DNA of 64,000 nt, taken from positions 61,861 to 125,860 of the forward strand of contig CAZCBE010000002.1 in assembly GCA_964496695.1 (NCBI GenBank). Direction: 5' to 3'. Both the position numbers and the translations under genes were made by a program. Position 1 is the stretch's first letter. The number at the start of each line of letters is the position of its first letter. The notes under the pieces are model-generated. The model was not told the DNA's origin and searched no databases. It saw nothing but the letters and a program-made list of their open reading frames with translations. Of the stretch, positions 19,001 to 26,366 are shown one piece after another. This stretch comes from an uncultured Klebsiella sp. GTDB taxonomy: Bacteria; Verrucomicrobiota; Verrucomicrobiia; Limisphaerales; SXTU01.

Positions 19001-19571
19001 CGGCAACGGCGACCACACCAGCCCCGTCGAGCGCGGAGCCTGGGTGCTGCGCAAGCTCCTCAATGATCCGCCGCCGCCGGCCCCGGCGAACGTGCCGCAA
19101 ATCACCCGGCTCGCCGGCAAAGTGCTCACCACCCGCGAGCGGCTGCAGGCGCATCAGGAGGATGCGCAGTGCGCGAGCTGTCACCGCAAGATTGACCCCA
19201 TCGGATTCGGCCTGGAGAATTTCGATGCCGTCGGCCAATGGCGCACCAGCGACACCTATCAGGTCATGGACGAGAAAGGCAAACCGGTGAAGGGGGCGAG
19301 CAAGACCTGGACGATCGAGGTCACTTCACAGCTTTACAAAGGCCCGGCCTTCCGGAGCTACTTCGAGCTGCGCGACCTCATTGCCGCCAAGGGCGACAGC
19401 TTCGCCCGGGGGTTCAGCATGGCCTTGACCGAGTATGCGCTGGGCCGCCCGTTGGGATTCCGTGACGAGCCGCTGATCGAGGCGATGGTGTGGCGCACGG
19501 GGCAGAAGGGATTCGCCACGCGCGAGTTCGTCCATGCGCTGGTGAGCAGCCGGGAGTTTCAAACCAAGTGA
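16020..19571 (+). CDS. second PSCyt/DUF1587/DUF1592/DUF1588/DUF1585-type protein with an internal domain duplication
   Basis: 1183 aa. CVSCHGPEKQKGKFRVDDL, MRRLNRREYRNTLRELLGVE, HTSPVERGAWVLRKLL, CASCHRKIDPIGFGLENFDAVG. Two ~250-aa internal repeats (about 16614-17372 and 17472-18215). Confidence 0.85.
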   Translation: MNLLFILPVVLLFSFGQLRAADASASVAMAEKHRALFKTHCVSCHGPEKQKGKFRVDDLPFTLSNIETAERWQKVLNALNSGEMPPEGEPPLPNAAKADFLDDLANVMVAARRSLSDQNGVITMRRLNRREYRNTLRELLGVEINVAELPSDTGTGGFDTAGVNLFMSANQFEQYQSLGREALVEAFAWQAAAGEERKLRYEAESSLKVITKNYQEKLDALERAKQWVKAVDAAAARPENAKVVAVLRAESKSGDLFRRSWAKLKGAPAPEDFGFRTVENNADKANGALSYGTPTGAGYMRPYHEHYLKQPHLDTGAYLTIMAGNDLGNDALSIYVPPSWPVGDYTVRVRVAATPQASPERRFIEFGIHPRNGQVMSTHEVTGTLAAPQIIEIPLTLTKGNQDRDNRTIFIREKGSNDHYTQTRLIFNQGKAKNGIGPELALWVDWVEVERKTKTAPVSAPAVVKFGIGDNRQVGSVSAKGLTAVRFECETANEKVSKYVAGQIDARDRAQRWVKAVEEAAARPENKEIVAELKKNSKNDAIFRRSWDKLKGAPSPESFGFKTEENNADKANSALGENWQKYHEYYLRQPGLDRGAYLGTPTMHPAVMALGFLQLPVPGEWTSGNYVFRVRLAAAKDARPEQRFLEVGMHPRNGMVRATFEVTGTMDRPQIVEMPFTLTRSQTDAGDRTLFIREKGAWDSNEEGGRKRAEALKRNGIGPEAVLWIDYMEIERLSDAVRPQPPGLAALAGLPVDDKTSAPSSTEVQAALARFATVAFRGTEPPASYLQRLASIYDTQLKSGTKHSVALRETLAVVLSSPMFLYLAEPAADEKRRPLTGPELATRLAYFLWSAPPDETLLELARRGELAKPEVLAAETARLLDDPRAQDFVRGFLFQWLGMDRLDFFEVNRAKYPRFDDSTRLAAKNEVYETFAHVLRHNAPLRDLLKSDYVVVNHLLADFYGIPGVSGDAYQKVSLPKDSPRGGLLGMAAINVMGGNGDHTSPVERGAWVLRKLLNDPPPPAPANVPQITRLAGKVLTTRERLQAHQEDAQCASCHRKIDPIGFGLENFDAVGQWRTSDTYQVMDEKGKPVKGASKTWTIEVTSQLYKGPAFRSYFELRDLIAAKGDSFARGFSMALTEYALGRPLGFRDEPLIEAMVWRTGQKGFATREFVHALVSSREFQTK

Positions 19572-19647
19572 AGCCTGCAGAGCCATTGCCCAAACCCTTT
19601 CCTTCAATCATTCCGCCGATGCCATCGTCCGCTGTTCCACGAACTGC

Positions 19648-20940
19648 ATGAACGCCCCGCTCCGACGCCGTCGTTTCCTCCAATCCAGCACCGCGCTGAT
19701 CGCGTTGCCAGCGCTCGAATCACTGGGCTTCCGTCGCTTTGCCTCGGCGGCCCCGGCGGCCCCGCCGAAGCGGCTGATCTTCCTCGGCTTCGGCTGGGGC
19801 ATCACCGAGAGCACCTGGTATCCGGACATCAAAAAGCCGGGCACGGATTATGAGCTGCCCATCGGCCTCAAGCCGCTCGCGCGGCACAAGGCGGACTTTA
19901 GCGTCGTGCAGGGGTTGTGGAACAAATACTCAAACGAAGGCCACTGGGGCAGCACGATGTGGCTGACGGGGGCGAACCGGTATGCGCAGCCGGGGCAGAG
20001 CTTTCACAACAGCATCAGTGCGGACCAGGTCGCGGCGGCGCAGCTTGGCCTCCAGACGCGGTTTGCTTCCTTGCAGTTCAATGGCAGCCAGACGGGAGAC
20101 GCCAGCGGGCACGGGCCTGGCCTGTCAATGGCCTGGGATGTGAGCGGGAAGCCGGTGGGCGGGCAGAACGGCCCTGTGGCGGCATTCCACCGGCTCTTTG
20201 CCAAGGACACCACGCCCATCGAGCAGCAAAAGGCGTTGCTGGCGCAGAAGCGCAGCGTCCTGGACGCGGTGCTCGACAACGCGAAAGCCTTGCAGCGCGG
20301 CCTCGCGAAGAACGACAACACCAAGCTCGAAGAATACTTTCAGGGCATCCGCGACATCGAGACGCGGCTCGCAAAGGAAGAGCAGTGGATGGGCGTGCCG
20401 CAGCCGAAGGCCCCGATCCCCGAGCCCAAGCCCGGCGTGAACGGCAAGGAGGAGATCAAGCTCATCTATGACCTCATGATCGCCGCGATGCAGACGGACA
20501 GCACGCGGGTGATGACCTTCCGCCAGCCTGTGAACACGCTGCTGACCGCGTTGGACATCAAGGTGCATCCGCACGACATGAGCCACTATCACACCACGCT
20601 GGGCGAGAAGCTGGACGCCTCGCAGCGTCGGGATCTGGCGCAGAGCGAACTGCTCGCGGGTTTTCTCGACAAGCTCAAGGCCACGAAGGAATCCGACGGC
20701 ACCACGCTCTTTGACCATGTCGCCCTGGCCTACGGCAGCAACATCCGCACGGGGCACGAGCTGAGCAACTGCCCCACCATCCTCGCCGGCCGGGGGGCGG
20801 GCATCAAACTCGGCCAGAGCATCGTCGCGCCGAAGGACACGCCGCTGTGCAATGTCTGGCTGACCATGCTGCACGGGCTGGGCGTCAAGGCGGAGCGGCA
20901 TGGGGACAGCACGGGGGTGCTGAAGGAAATTGTGGTGTGA
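19648..20940 (+). CDS. DUF1552 domain protein, Tat signal
   Basis: 430 aa. LRRRRFLQSSTALIALPALESL leader and HDMSHYH motif. Paralogue of 14602-15933. Confidence 0.85.
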   Translation: MNAPLRRRRFLQSSTALIALPALESLGFRRFASAAPAAPPKRLIFLGFGWGITESTWYPDIKKPGTDYELPIGLKPLARHKADFSVVQGLWNKYSNEGHWGSTMWLTGANRYAQPGQSFHNSISADQVAAAQLGLQTRFASLQFNGSQTGDASGHGPGLSMAWDVSGKPVGGQNGPVAAFHRLFAKDTTPIEQQKALLAQKRSVLDAVLDNAKALQRGLAKNDNTKLEEYFQGIRDIETRLAKEEQWMGVPQPKAPIPEPKPGVNGKEEIKLIYDLMIAAMQTDSTRVMTFRQPVNTLLTALDIKVHPHDMSHYHTTLGEKLDASQRRDLAQSELLAGFLDKLKATKESDGTTLFDHVALAYGSNIRTGHELSNCPTILAGRGAGIKLGQSIVAPKDTPLCNVWLTMLHGLGVKAERHGDSTGVLKEIVV

Positions 20941-20995
20941 AGCCGTGACCTGAATGACCTCGGCGGCGGTGGCCCCGCCAAGCCAAACCAATCTC

Positions 20996-21883
20996 ATGAA
21001 CCGCGTTTCCATTTCCCGACTTTTCGGCACCGTCCTCGCGGCGCTGCTCCTCACGCCAGCCGCAGTGGCCGCCGCGGATGCCTTCCGCATCGAGAAGAAT
21101 GTGGCTTATCTCGCGCCCGACCGGACGGAGAAGGCCGATCTGTATTTGCCGGCGAGCGCGGCGGCGGGGGCGCGGCGTCCGGCGGTGGTCATCATCCACG
21201 GCGGCGGCTGGACGGGCGGTGACAAGGGCGCGGGGCGCGAGATCAACATCGGGACGAACCTCGCGCTGAACGGCTACGTGGGCCTGAGCATCAACTACGT
21301 GCTCGCCAGCACGAACAAGGCGGTGAGCAAGGCGACCTGGCCGCAGAACCTGCACGACTGCATGACCGCCGTGCGCTGGCTGCGCAAGAACGCGGAGCGG
21401 CTGCAGGTGGACCCGGAGCGCATCGGGGTCATCGGTGGCTCGGCGGGCGGGCATCTGGCGGCGATGCTGGCGGTGCTGGGTGACAAGGACGGCCTCGATC
21501 CGAAAGGGCCTTACGGCGAGTTCTCCTGCCGGGTGCAGTGTGCGGTGGACCTCTACGGACCGGCGGATTTGTCCGACCGGCCACACCTCACCATGCTGGG
21601 CAAAACGCGTGAGGAGGCCCCGGAGCTTTACCGTGCGGTCTCGCCGGTGACTTACGTGGACAAGAACGATCCGCCGATCCTCATCATGCACGGCACGGCG
21701 GACAAGACGGTGGATGTCGAGCAATCCAAGCGGTTCGCGGCCAAGCTGAAGGAAGCGGGCGCGCGGCATGAACTGGTGATCGTCGAGGGTGCGCCGCACA
21801 CATTTCATTTGCAGCCGAAGCAGGCTGATCTGCGGCCGAAGGTGCTGGGATTCTTCGACCAGCACTTGAAGGCGGCACGGTAG
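20996..21883 (+). CDS. secreted alpha/beta-hydrolase (esterase/lipase, HGGGW type)
   Basis: Start at ATG 20996 gives the signal MNRVSISRLFGTVLAALLLTPAAVAAADA. Oxyanion IIHGGGW, nucleophile GGSAGGHLA, C-terminal HGTADKTV. Confidence 0.85.
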   Translation: MNRVSISRLFGTVLAALLLTPAAVAAADAFRIEKNVAYLAPDRTEKADLYLPASAAAGARRPAVVIIHGGGWTGGDKGAGREINIGTNLALNGYVGLSINYVLASTNKAVSKATWPQNLHDCMTAVRWLRKNAERLQVDPERIGVIGGSAGGHLAAMLAVLGDKDGLDPKGPYGEFSCRVQCAVDLYGPADLSDRPHLTMLGKTREEAPELYRAVSPVTYVDKNDPPILIMHGTADKTVDVEQSKRFAAKLKEAGARHELVIVEGAPHTFHLQPKQADLRPKVLGFFDQHLKAAR

Positions 21884-21913
21884 CCGCCGGTGCGCCGCGA
21901 GGCTCCCGCGGGT

Positions 21914-23026
21914 TCAAGCCATGGCTGCCTTGGCCATGTGGGCGAATTCACGAGGATACACGTTGAACGCGATGCAAATCCTTTCCTCCTCAACGTGCGT
22001 CGGGATCGTCGAGTGGAAGAAGTAGCCCGGCATGAGCACCAGCGTTCCCGGGGTCGGCTCGATCAGCCGTTCCGGCCAGCCGTCCGGCTGAGAAAGGCCC
22101 AGGTTGTCCGGTGCGGCCAGTCTGAGTGAACCACCATGATCTTCGGGAGCGCGTGGCGACTCCGGGCGGCGCACGTAGTAAACGCCGCTCAGCCAGGCCC
22201 GCAAATGGATGTGCGGGACCAGATGCCCCGCGCCGCTCGTGATGAGCGCCCAGCCATCAATCACGTAGTTATCCGGGCGGGCCAGCAGGAACGGATGATC
22301 GGTTCCGGACGGAAGCTCGGCGATGTATTGCCCGACCCGCCGATGAATCTCCTTCCCCAACGCACGGCTGGCGGGCAGCCCGGAAGCAAGGATGTGGTCA
22401 TTGCGCCACGACTTGCGCATCACCCCGCCTTCCTGCGGGTCGTGGTATTTCAAGTCGGTGCGGATCTCGGCGGCGAGCGTTCCGAGAAAGTCCCCACCGG
22501 CGAACTCTCCGGGCACCACGGCAGGAAGGCAGCGCAGGAACGTGTCGTAGTCCATCAGGCGTCCCGCTGCCGCGGCATGGCCGAGGACCGCCTCGCCGAT
22601 GGCCAGCGCGGCGAGGACCGGGGCATAGGTCACGCCCCGGTCAATGAGCGCCTGAGCACACGCGCGCAATTTTTCCGCAGCCCGCGTCCCGCCTGCGACC
22701 GGCCAGTTCGCCGGTGCCGGCGGCAGCATGGCCGGCTGCATACGGAAGGCGCTCTGGAAGACCCGGGCGAATTCATCGAGCTCGCCGTGATCGAACAGGG
22801 CGTAGGCGAGCCTGAACCGGGTTTCGGCGGAGTCGGGCTTCAGCTCGGCGGCGCGGCGCAGCAAGGCCAGTTGAACTTGACTCGCCGGAACGCGCTGCTT
22901 CAGCCCGGTCTGGGGCGGTCCATTGACTGGCGATTCCTGCATCTGCGCAGGAGTATTGGTCCTCCCGCCCGAAACGGACAGGAATTTGCGGAGGTTCCGG
23001 GCCATCATCCGGCAGGCGTGCTTCAC
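21914..23026 (-). CDS. putative 2OG-Fe(II) oxygenase family protein (TIGR02466/PF13759-like) with N-terminal helical repeats
   Basis: C-terminal ...GHLVPHIHLRAWLSGVYYV...PTPGTLVLMPGYFFHSTIP...ICIAFNVYP fits the His-x-His...His jelly-roll family. The start codon is uncertain (several in-frame Met). Confidence 0.6.
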   Translation of the reverse strand: MKHACRMMARNLRKFLSVSGGRTNTPAQMQESPVNGPPQTGLKQRVPASQVQLALLRRAAELKPDSAETRFRLAYALFDHGELDEFARVFQSAFRMQPAMLPPAPANWPVAGGTRAAEKLRACAQALIDRGVTYAPVLAALAIGEAVLGHAAAAGRLMDYDTFLRCLPAVVPGEFAGGDFLGTLAAEIRTDLKYHDPQEGGVMRKSWRNDHILASGLPASRALGKEIHRRVGQYIAELPSGTDHPFLLARPDNYVIDGWALITSGAGHLVPHIHLRAWLSGVYYVRRPESPRAPEDHGGSLRLAAPDNLGLSQPDGWPERLIEPTPGTLVLMPGYFFHSTIPTHVEEERICIAFNVYPREFAHMAKAAMA

Positions 23027-23088
23027 TGCGCCTGGTGGATTGGAAACTGCGTGAGTGCGGAGGCCGGGTTTGGTCGTCCAATTCCGCC

Positions 23089-24078
23089 ATGAAGCCCGCT
23101 GCGCTGCTCGCCCTCGCTACGATTGTCTTCGGTCTGGTGGTGTCCAACACGTCGGCCGCGCCGGCCGATGCGCTGGTGAAACCGCTGGAAGTTCGCACGG
23201 TGTTCGCCAACGGAAAGCACAACGCCTTCACCGCCCTGCGCCGCTTTCAGGGCGATCTCTGGCTGGCCTTCAGGTCAGGTGACGCGCACAACTCGGCGAC
23301 CGCCGATGTCCTTGTGCTGCGCTCCAAGGACGGCAAGGAGTGGACGCAGGCGCACAAGCTGGATGTGGCCAAGGACGACCGCGATCCGCAGTTCGTCGCG
23401 ACGCCGAAGCGGCTCTTCCTCTACTGCCCGGCGATGAACGGCGCGACGCTGACGACCTGGCTGACCTACACGGACGACGGCAAGACGTGGAGCGCGCCGG
23501 TGGCGGTCTATGAGCCGCAGTTCATCCTGTGGAAGCCGATTGTGCATGACGGGACGTTCTATGCCGCTGCGCACAAGAAGGATGAGACCGGCGGCGGCAA
23601 GGGGCGCGCCGTGCATCTCGTGAAGTCCGCCGATGGCATCAAGTGGGAGAAGGTGTCGCTGATCCGCGCGGGCAACTGGGAGAGCGAGACGACGATGTTC
23701 TTCGATGGCAAGCATCACGCCACGGCGTTCCTGCGGCAGAAATACGGCAGCCCGCAGGCGCAGATTCTGGAGTCCGACCCGCCCTACGCTGAGTGGCAGG
23801 CGCGCCCGGCGGATGCGCCGCACTTCAGCGGGCACAGCGTGCATACGTTCCGGGGCGTGACGTATCTGCTGTCGCGCGCGCTCGTGGCGGGCAAGACGAC
23901 TGGTTCGCGCATCTATGTCTTCGCCGATGGCAAGCTGACGCCCTACTGCGACCTGCCTTCGGGCGGCGACTGCGCCTATCTCGAAGCGGTGGAGGACGGG
24001 GCGAACATGCTGGTGAGCTACTACTCGACGCACGAAGGGACGACGAACATCTACCTCGCGGTGGTGCCGCTGAAGTGA
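23089..24078 (+). CDS. secreted BNR/Asp-box repeat protein (sialidase-fold)
   Basis: Start at ATG 23089 (MKPAALLALATIVFGLVVSNTSAAPADA). Asp-boxes SKDGKEWT, TDDGKTWS, SADGIKWE. Confidence 0.75.
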   Translation: MKPAALLALATIVFGLVVSNTSAAPADALVKPLEVRTVFANGKHNAFTALRRFQGDLWLAFRSGDAHNSATADVLVLRSKDGKEWTQAHKLDVAKDDRDPQFVATPKRLFLYCPAMNGATLTTWLTYTDDGKTWSAPVAVYEPQFILWKPIVHDGTFYAAAHKKDETGGGKGRAVHLVKSADGIKWEKVSLIRAGNWESETTMFFDGKHHATAFLRQKYGSPQAQILESDPPYAEWQARPADAPHFSGHSVHTFRGVTYLLSRALVAGKTTGSRIYVFADGKLTPYCDLPSGGDCAYLEAVEDGANMLVSYYSTHEGTTNIYLAVVPLK

Positions 24079-24080
24079 GC

Positions 24081-24232
24081 GCGTGGTGGCAGGCATCCTG
24101 CCTGCCGTAGAGGGCGCGCGTCCCGCCGCCCGGATGCAGGCAACGGAGTTCGTAGCGGCAGTTGCGCAAGTTGCCCGAGTCCGCCGGGCGGGACGCCCGG
24201 CTCTACGGCAGGCGGGACGCCTGCCGCCACGC
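24081..24232. repeat. 152-bp imperfect long palindrome built from GC-rich GGA-loop hairpins
   Basis: The 32-nt arms 24081-24112 (GCGTGGTGGCAGGCATCCTGCCTGCCGTAGAG) and 24201-24232 match 29/32 as reverse complements. Inner units CCGGGCGGGACGCCCGG and GGCAGGCGGGACGCCTGCC are themselves hairpins. Confidence 0.85.
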
Positions 24233-24296
24233 GCCACGAGCGGGCTTGAGTTGCCGACGGCACCTGTGAGTTAATCGGGAAAACGAAAGACACTTT

Positions 24297-25181
24297 ATGC
24301 ATCTGATGGGAATTGGCGATGAAGCGGGCGGCGCACTGGATTTTCAAATCAAGGCCGCGAAGGAACTCGGCTGGAAACACATTGAGATGCGCGGCGTGGA
24401 GGTGCCGGGCTTTGCGAAGGCGAATTTTCATGAGATTCCCGACGCCGCGTTTGACCTCGCCGTGGCGAAGCTGCAGGAGAGCGGCATCGGCGTGTATTGC
24501 TTCGGCTCCACCATCATGAACTGGGCCAAGACCGTCGAGACGCCGTTCGACGTGACGCTGGGCGAGGTGCGGCGGGCCATCCCCCGGATGCAGCGGCTGG
24601 GCACGAAGTTCGTGCGCATCATGAGCTTCAAGCCGACCGAGAACGCCGCCGTGACGCCGCCCGTGGTGTTCGAGCGCGTGCGCGAGGTGACGAAGATGTT
24701 CCTCGATGCCGGTTTGCAGCCCGTGCATGAGAACTGCATGAACTACGGCGGCATGAGCAGCGCCCACGCGCTGGAGATGCTGGACCAGTGTCCCGGGCTC
24801 AAATGGGTCTTCGACACCGCCAACCCCATCTTCAACCCCGACCGCCAGCTCCCCGCCCCGTGGCCGCGTCAGAACGCGTGGGAATTCTGGACCACCGTCC
24901 GCGACCACGTCGCCCACATCCATGTGAAGGACGCGACGTGGAATCCGGCCAAGAACGACGCCGACTACAACTGGCCGGGTGAAGGGCAGGGGCAGGTGCG
25001 CCGCATCCTCGCCGACGCCTTCGCGCGCGGCTACAATGCCGGCATCAGCATCGAGCCGCACATGGTCGTCGTCTTCCACGACGCGGGCTCGAAGGTCACC
25101 AATGACGCGGACGTTTGTGCGAACTTCGTCGAGTATGGCAAACGGCTGGAGAAGCTGATTGCCGAGGTCAAGGCGAAGTAA
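24297..25181 (+). CDS. sugar phosphate isomerase/epimerase (xylose-isomerase-like TIM barrel)
   Basis: 294 aa. ...RIMSF..., HENCMNYGG, VAHIHVKDATWN and SIEPHM blocks are typical of AP-endonuclease-2/xylose-isomerase-like TIM barrels. Confidence 0.75.
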   Translation: MHLMGIGDEAGGALDFQIKAAKELGWKHIEMRGVEVPGFAKANFHEIPDAAFDLAVAKLQESGIGVYCFGSTIMNWAKTVETPFDVTLGEVRRAIPRMQRLGTKFVRIMSFKPTENAAVTPPVVFERVREVTKMFLDAGLQPVHENCMNYGGMSSAHALEMLDQCPGLKWVFDTANPIFNPDRQLPAPWPRQNAWEFWTTVRDHVAHIHVKDATWNPAKNDADYNWPGEGQGQVRRILADAFARGYNAGISIEPHMVVVFHDAGSKVTNDADVCANFVEYGKRLEKLIAEVKAK

Positions 25182-25257
25182 GGTTTTTGCCCGACTTGCC
25201 TCCGGCGGTGGAAAGCGTATGCCTTGAGGGTCGCCGTCACCTCAACGCACCACCGTC

Positions 25258-25692
25258 ATGAGCCTCGCGAAAACACTCCTCACCGCCGTCGCAATCTCCC
25301 TCCTCACCCTGTCCGCGCACGCGCAGGACAAGGCGCTTATCGGCACCTGGGAGGGCTGGCTGGTGCAGGGTGATGGCAGCCAGCCGTCGCAGCGGCAGGG
25401 GCGCATCACCGAGTTGGTCATCACCGCCGCGCAGATCTCCGCGAAGGACGGCGGCAACCGGAGCATGGGCGCGGGCACTTACCGCACCGGGGGCACGGGT
25501 GCGGTGCGAACGATTGATGCGACCGGCACCGCCGGCGAACCCAACGGCAAGGCGTTCCAGGGCATCTATCAGGTCAGCGGGGACACACTCAAGTGGTGCT
25601 CCGGCAATGACAAGGCGAAGACCCGCCCAACCGAGCTGAAGACTAATGTCGGCAACGGCCATTTCCTCATGGTCTTGACCCGCAAAAAGTGA
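25258..25692 (+). CDS. TIGR03067-like secreted small protein
   Basis: 144 aa with a signal peptide. GIYQVSGDTLKWCSGNDKAKTRPTELKT... matches the G-x-Y...L...RP pattern of the Planctomycete TIGR03067 domain. Confidence 0.7.
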   Translation: MSLAKTLLTAVAISLLTLSAHAQDKALIGTWEGWLVQGDGSQPSQRQGRITELVITAAQISAKDGGNRSMGAGTYRTGGTGAVRTIDATGTAGEPNGKAFQGIYQVSGDTLKWCSGNDKAKTRPTELKTNVGNGHFLMVLTRKK

Positions 25693-25728
25693 GTTGCCTC
25701 CGCGCGCGGGCTTTCACATTGTCCCCTC

Positions 25729-26169
25729 ATGAAAGCCCGCTTCGCAAAGTCACTGCTCCTCACCGCGCTCACGCTCACCCTCGCCACGCCGCTGCTCGCA
25801 CAGTCGGCCAAGGAACTCGAAGGCACATGGGTCGGCGGCGTGCTCAATCCCGGCGGCAAGGGCAAGAGCGGCACGGCGACAATGGTGGAAATCTCGGAGC
25901 TGACCATCAAGAACGGCAAGGTGGTCGCGTGCAAGGACAAGGGCGGTGTCAGCCTCGGCAATTGTGAGGTGCTGACCCTCGACCCGGCCAAGCAGACGAT
26001 GGACGCCAAGGGCAACACGAAGAACCACACGGGCATTTTCCAGGGCATCTACCGCCTGAAGGATGGCAAGCTCGAGTGGTGCGCCGCGAACCCCGGCCAG
26101 AAGCGCCCCGACGACTACTACACCGTCCGGCAGGTGCAGTTCCACATGGTCTTCGACAAGAAGAAGTAG
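25729..26169 (+). CDS. TIGR03067-like secreted small protein (tandem paralogue)
   Basis: 146 aa with a signal peptide. GIYRLKDGKLEWCAANPGQKRPDDYYT... is parallel to the upstream gene. Confidence 0.7.
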   Translation: MKARFAKSLLLTALTLTLATPLLAQSAKELEGTWVGGVLNPGGKGKSGTATMVEISELTIKNGKVVACKDKGGVSLGNCEVLTLDPAKQTMDAKGNTKNHTGIFQGIYRLKDGKLEWCAANPGQKRPDDYYTVRQVQFHMVFDKKK

Positions 26170-26360
26170 CGGAGCGGCGGGCTCCGACCCGGCGTTAAGA
26201 ATCAGCCTGCGCCGGACGATGCGGCAGTCTGTGGGGCGCGCGGCGTTCACGCCGCTTCAACGTGCGGAGCGGTATGGTGTTCTTATGCCCTGCTGCGTTC
26301 GGACGATGAAGCGGCATAAATGCCGCGGTCCTCACGCCGGGTCGGAGACCGGCGCTCCAC
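26169..26360. repeat. inverted pair of the GGAGCGCCGGTCTCCGACCCGGCG repeat family bracketing a convergent intergenic region
   Basis: 26169-26194 (GCGGAGCGGCGGGCTCCGACCCGGCG) and 26335-26360 (CGCCGGGTCGGAGACCGGCGCTCCAC) match 23/26 as reverse complements. The small hairpin GCGGCAtaaaTGCCGC (26311-26326) lies inside. Confidence 0.85.
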
Positions 26361-26366
26361 CGAAAG

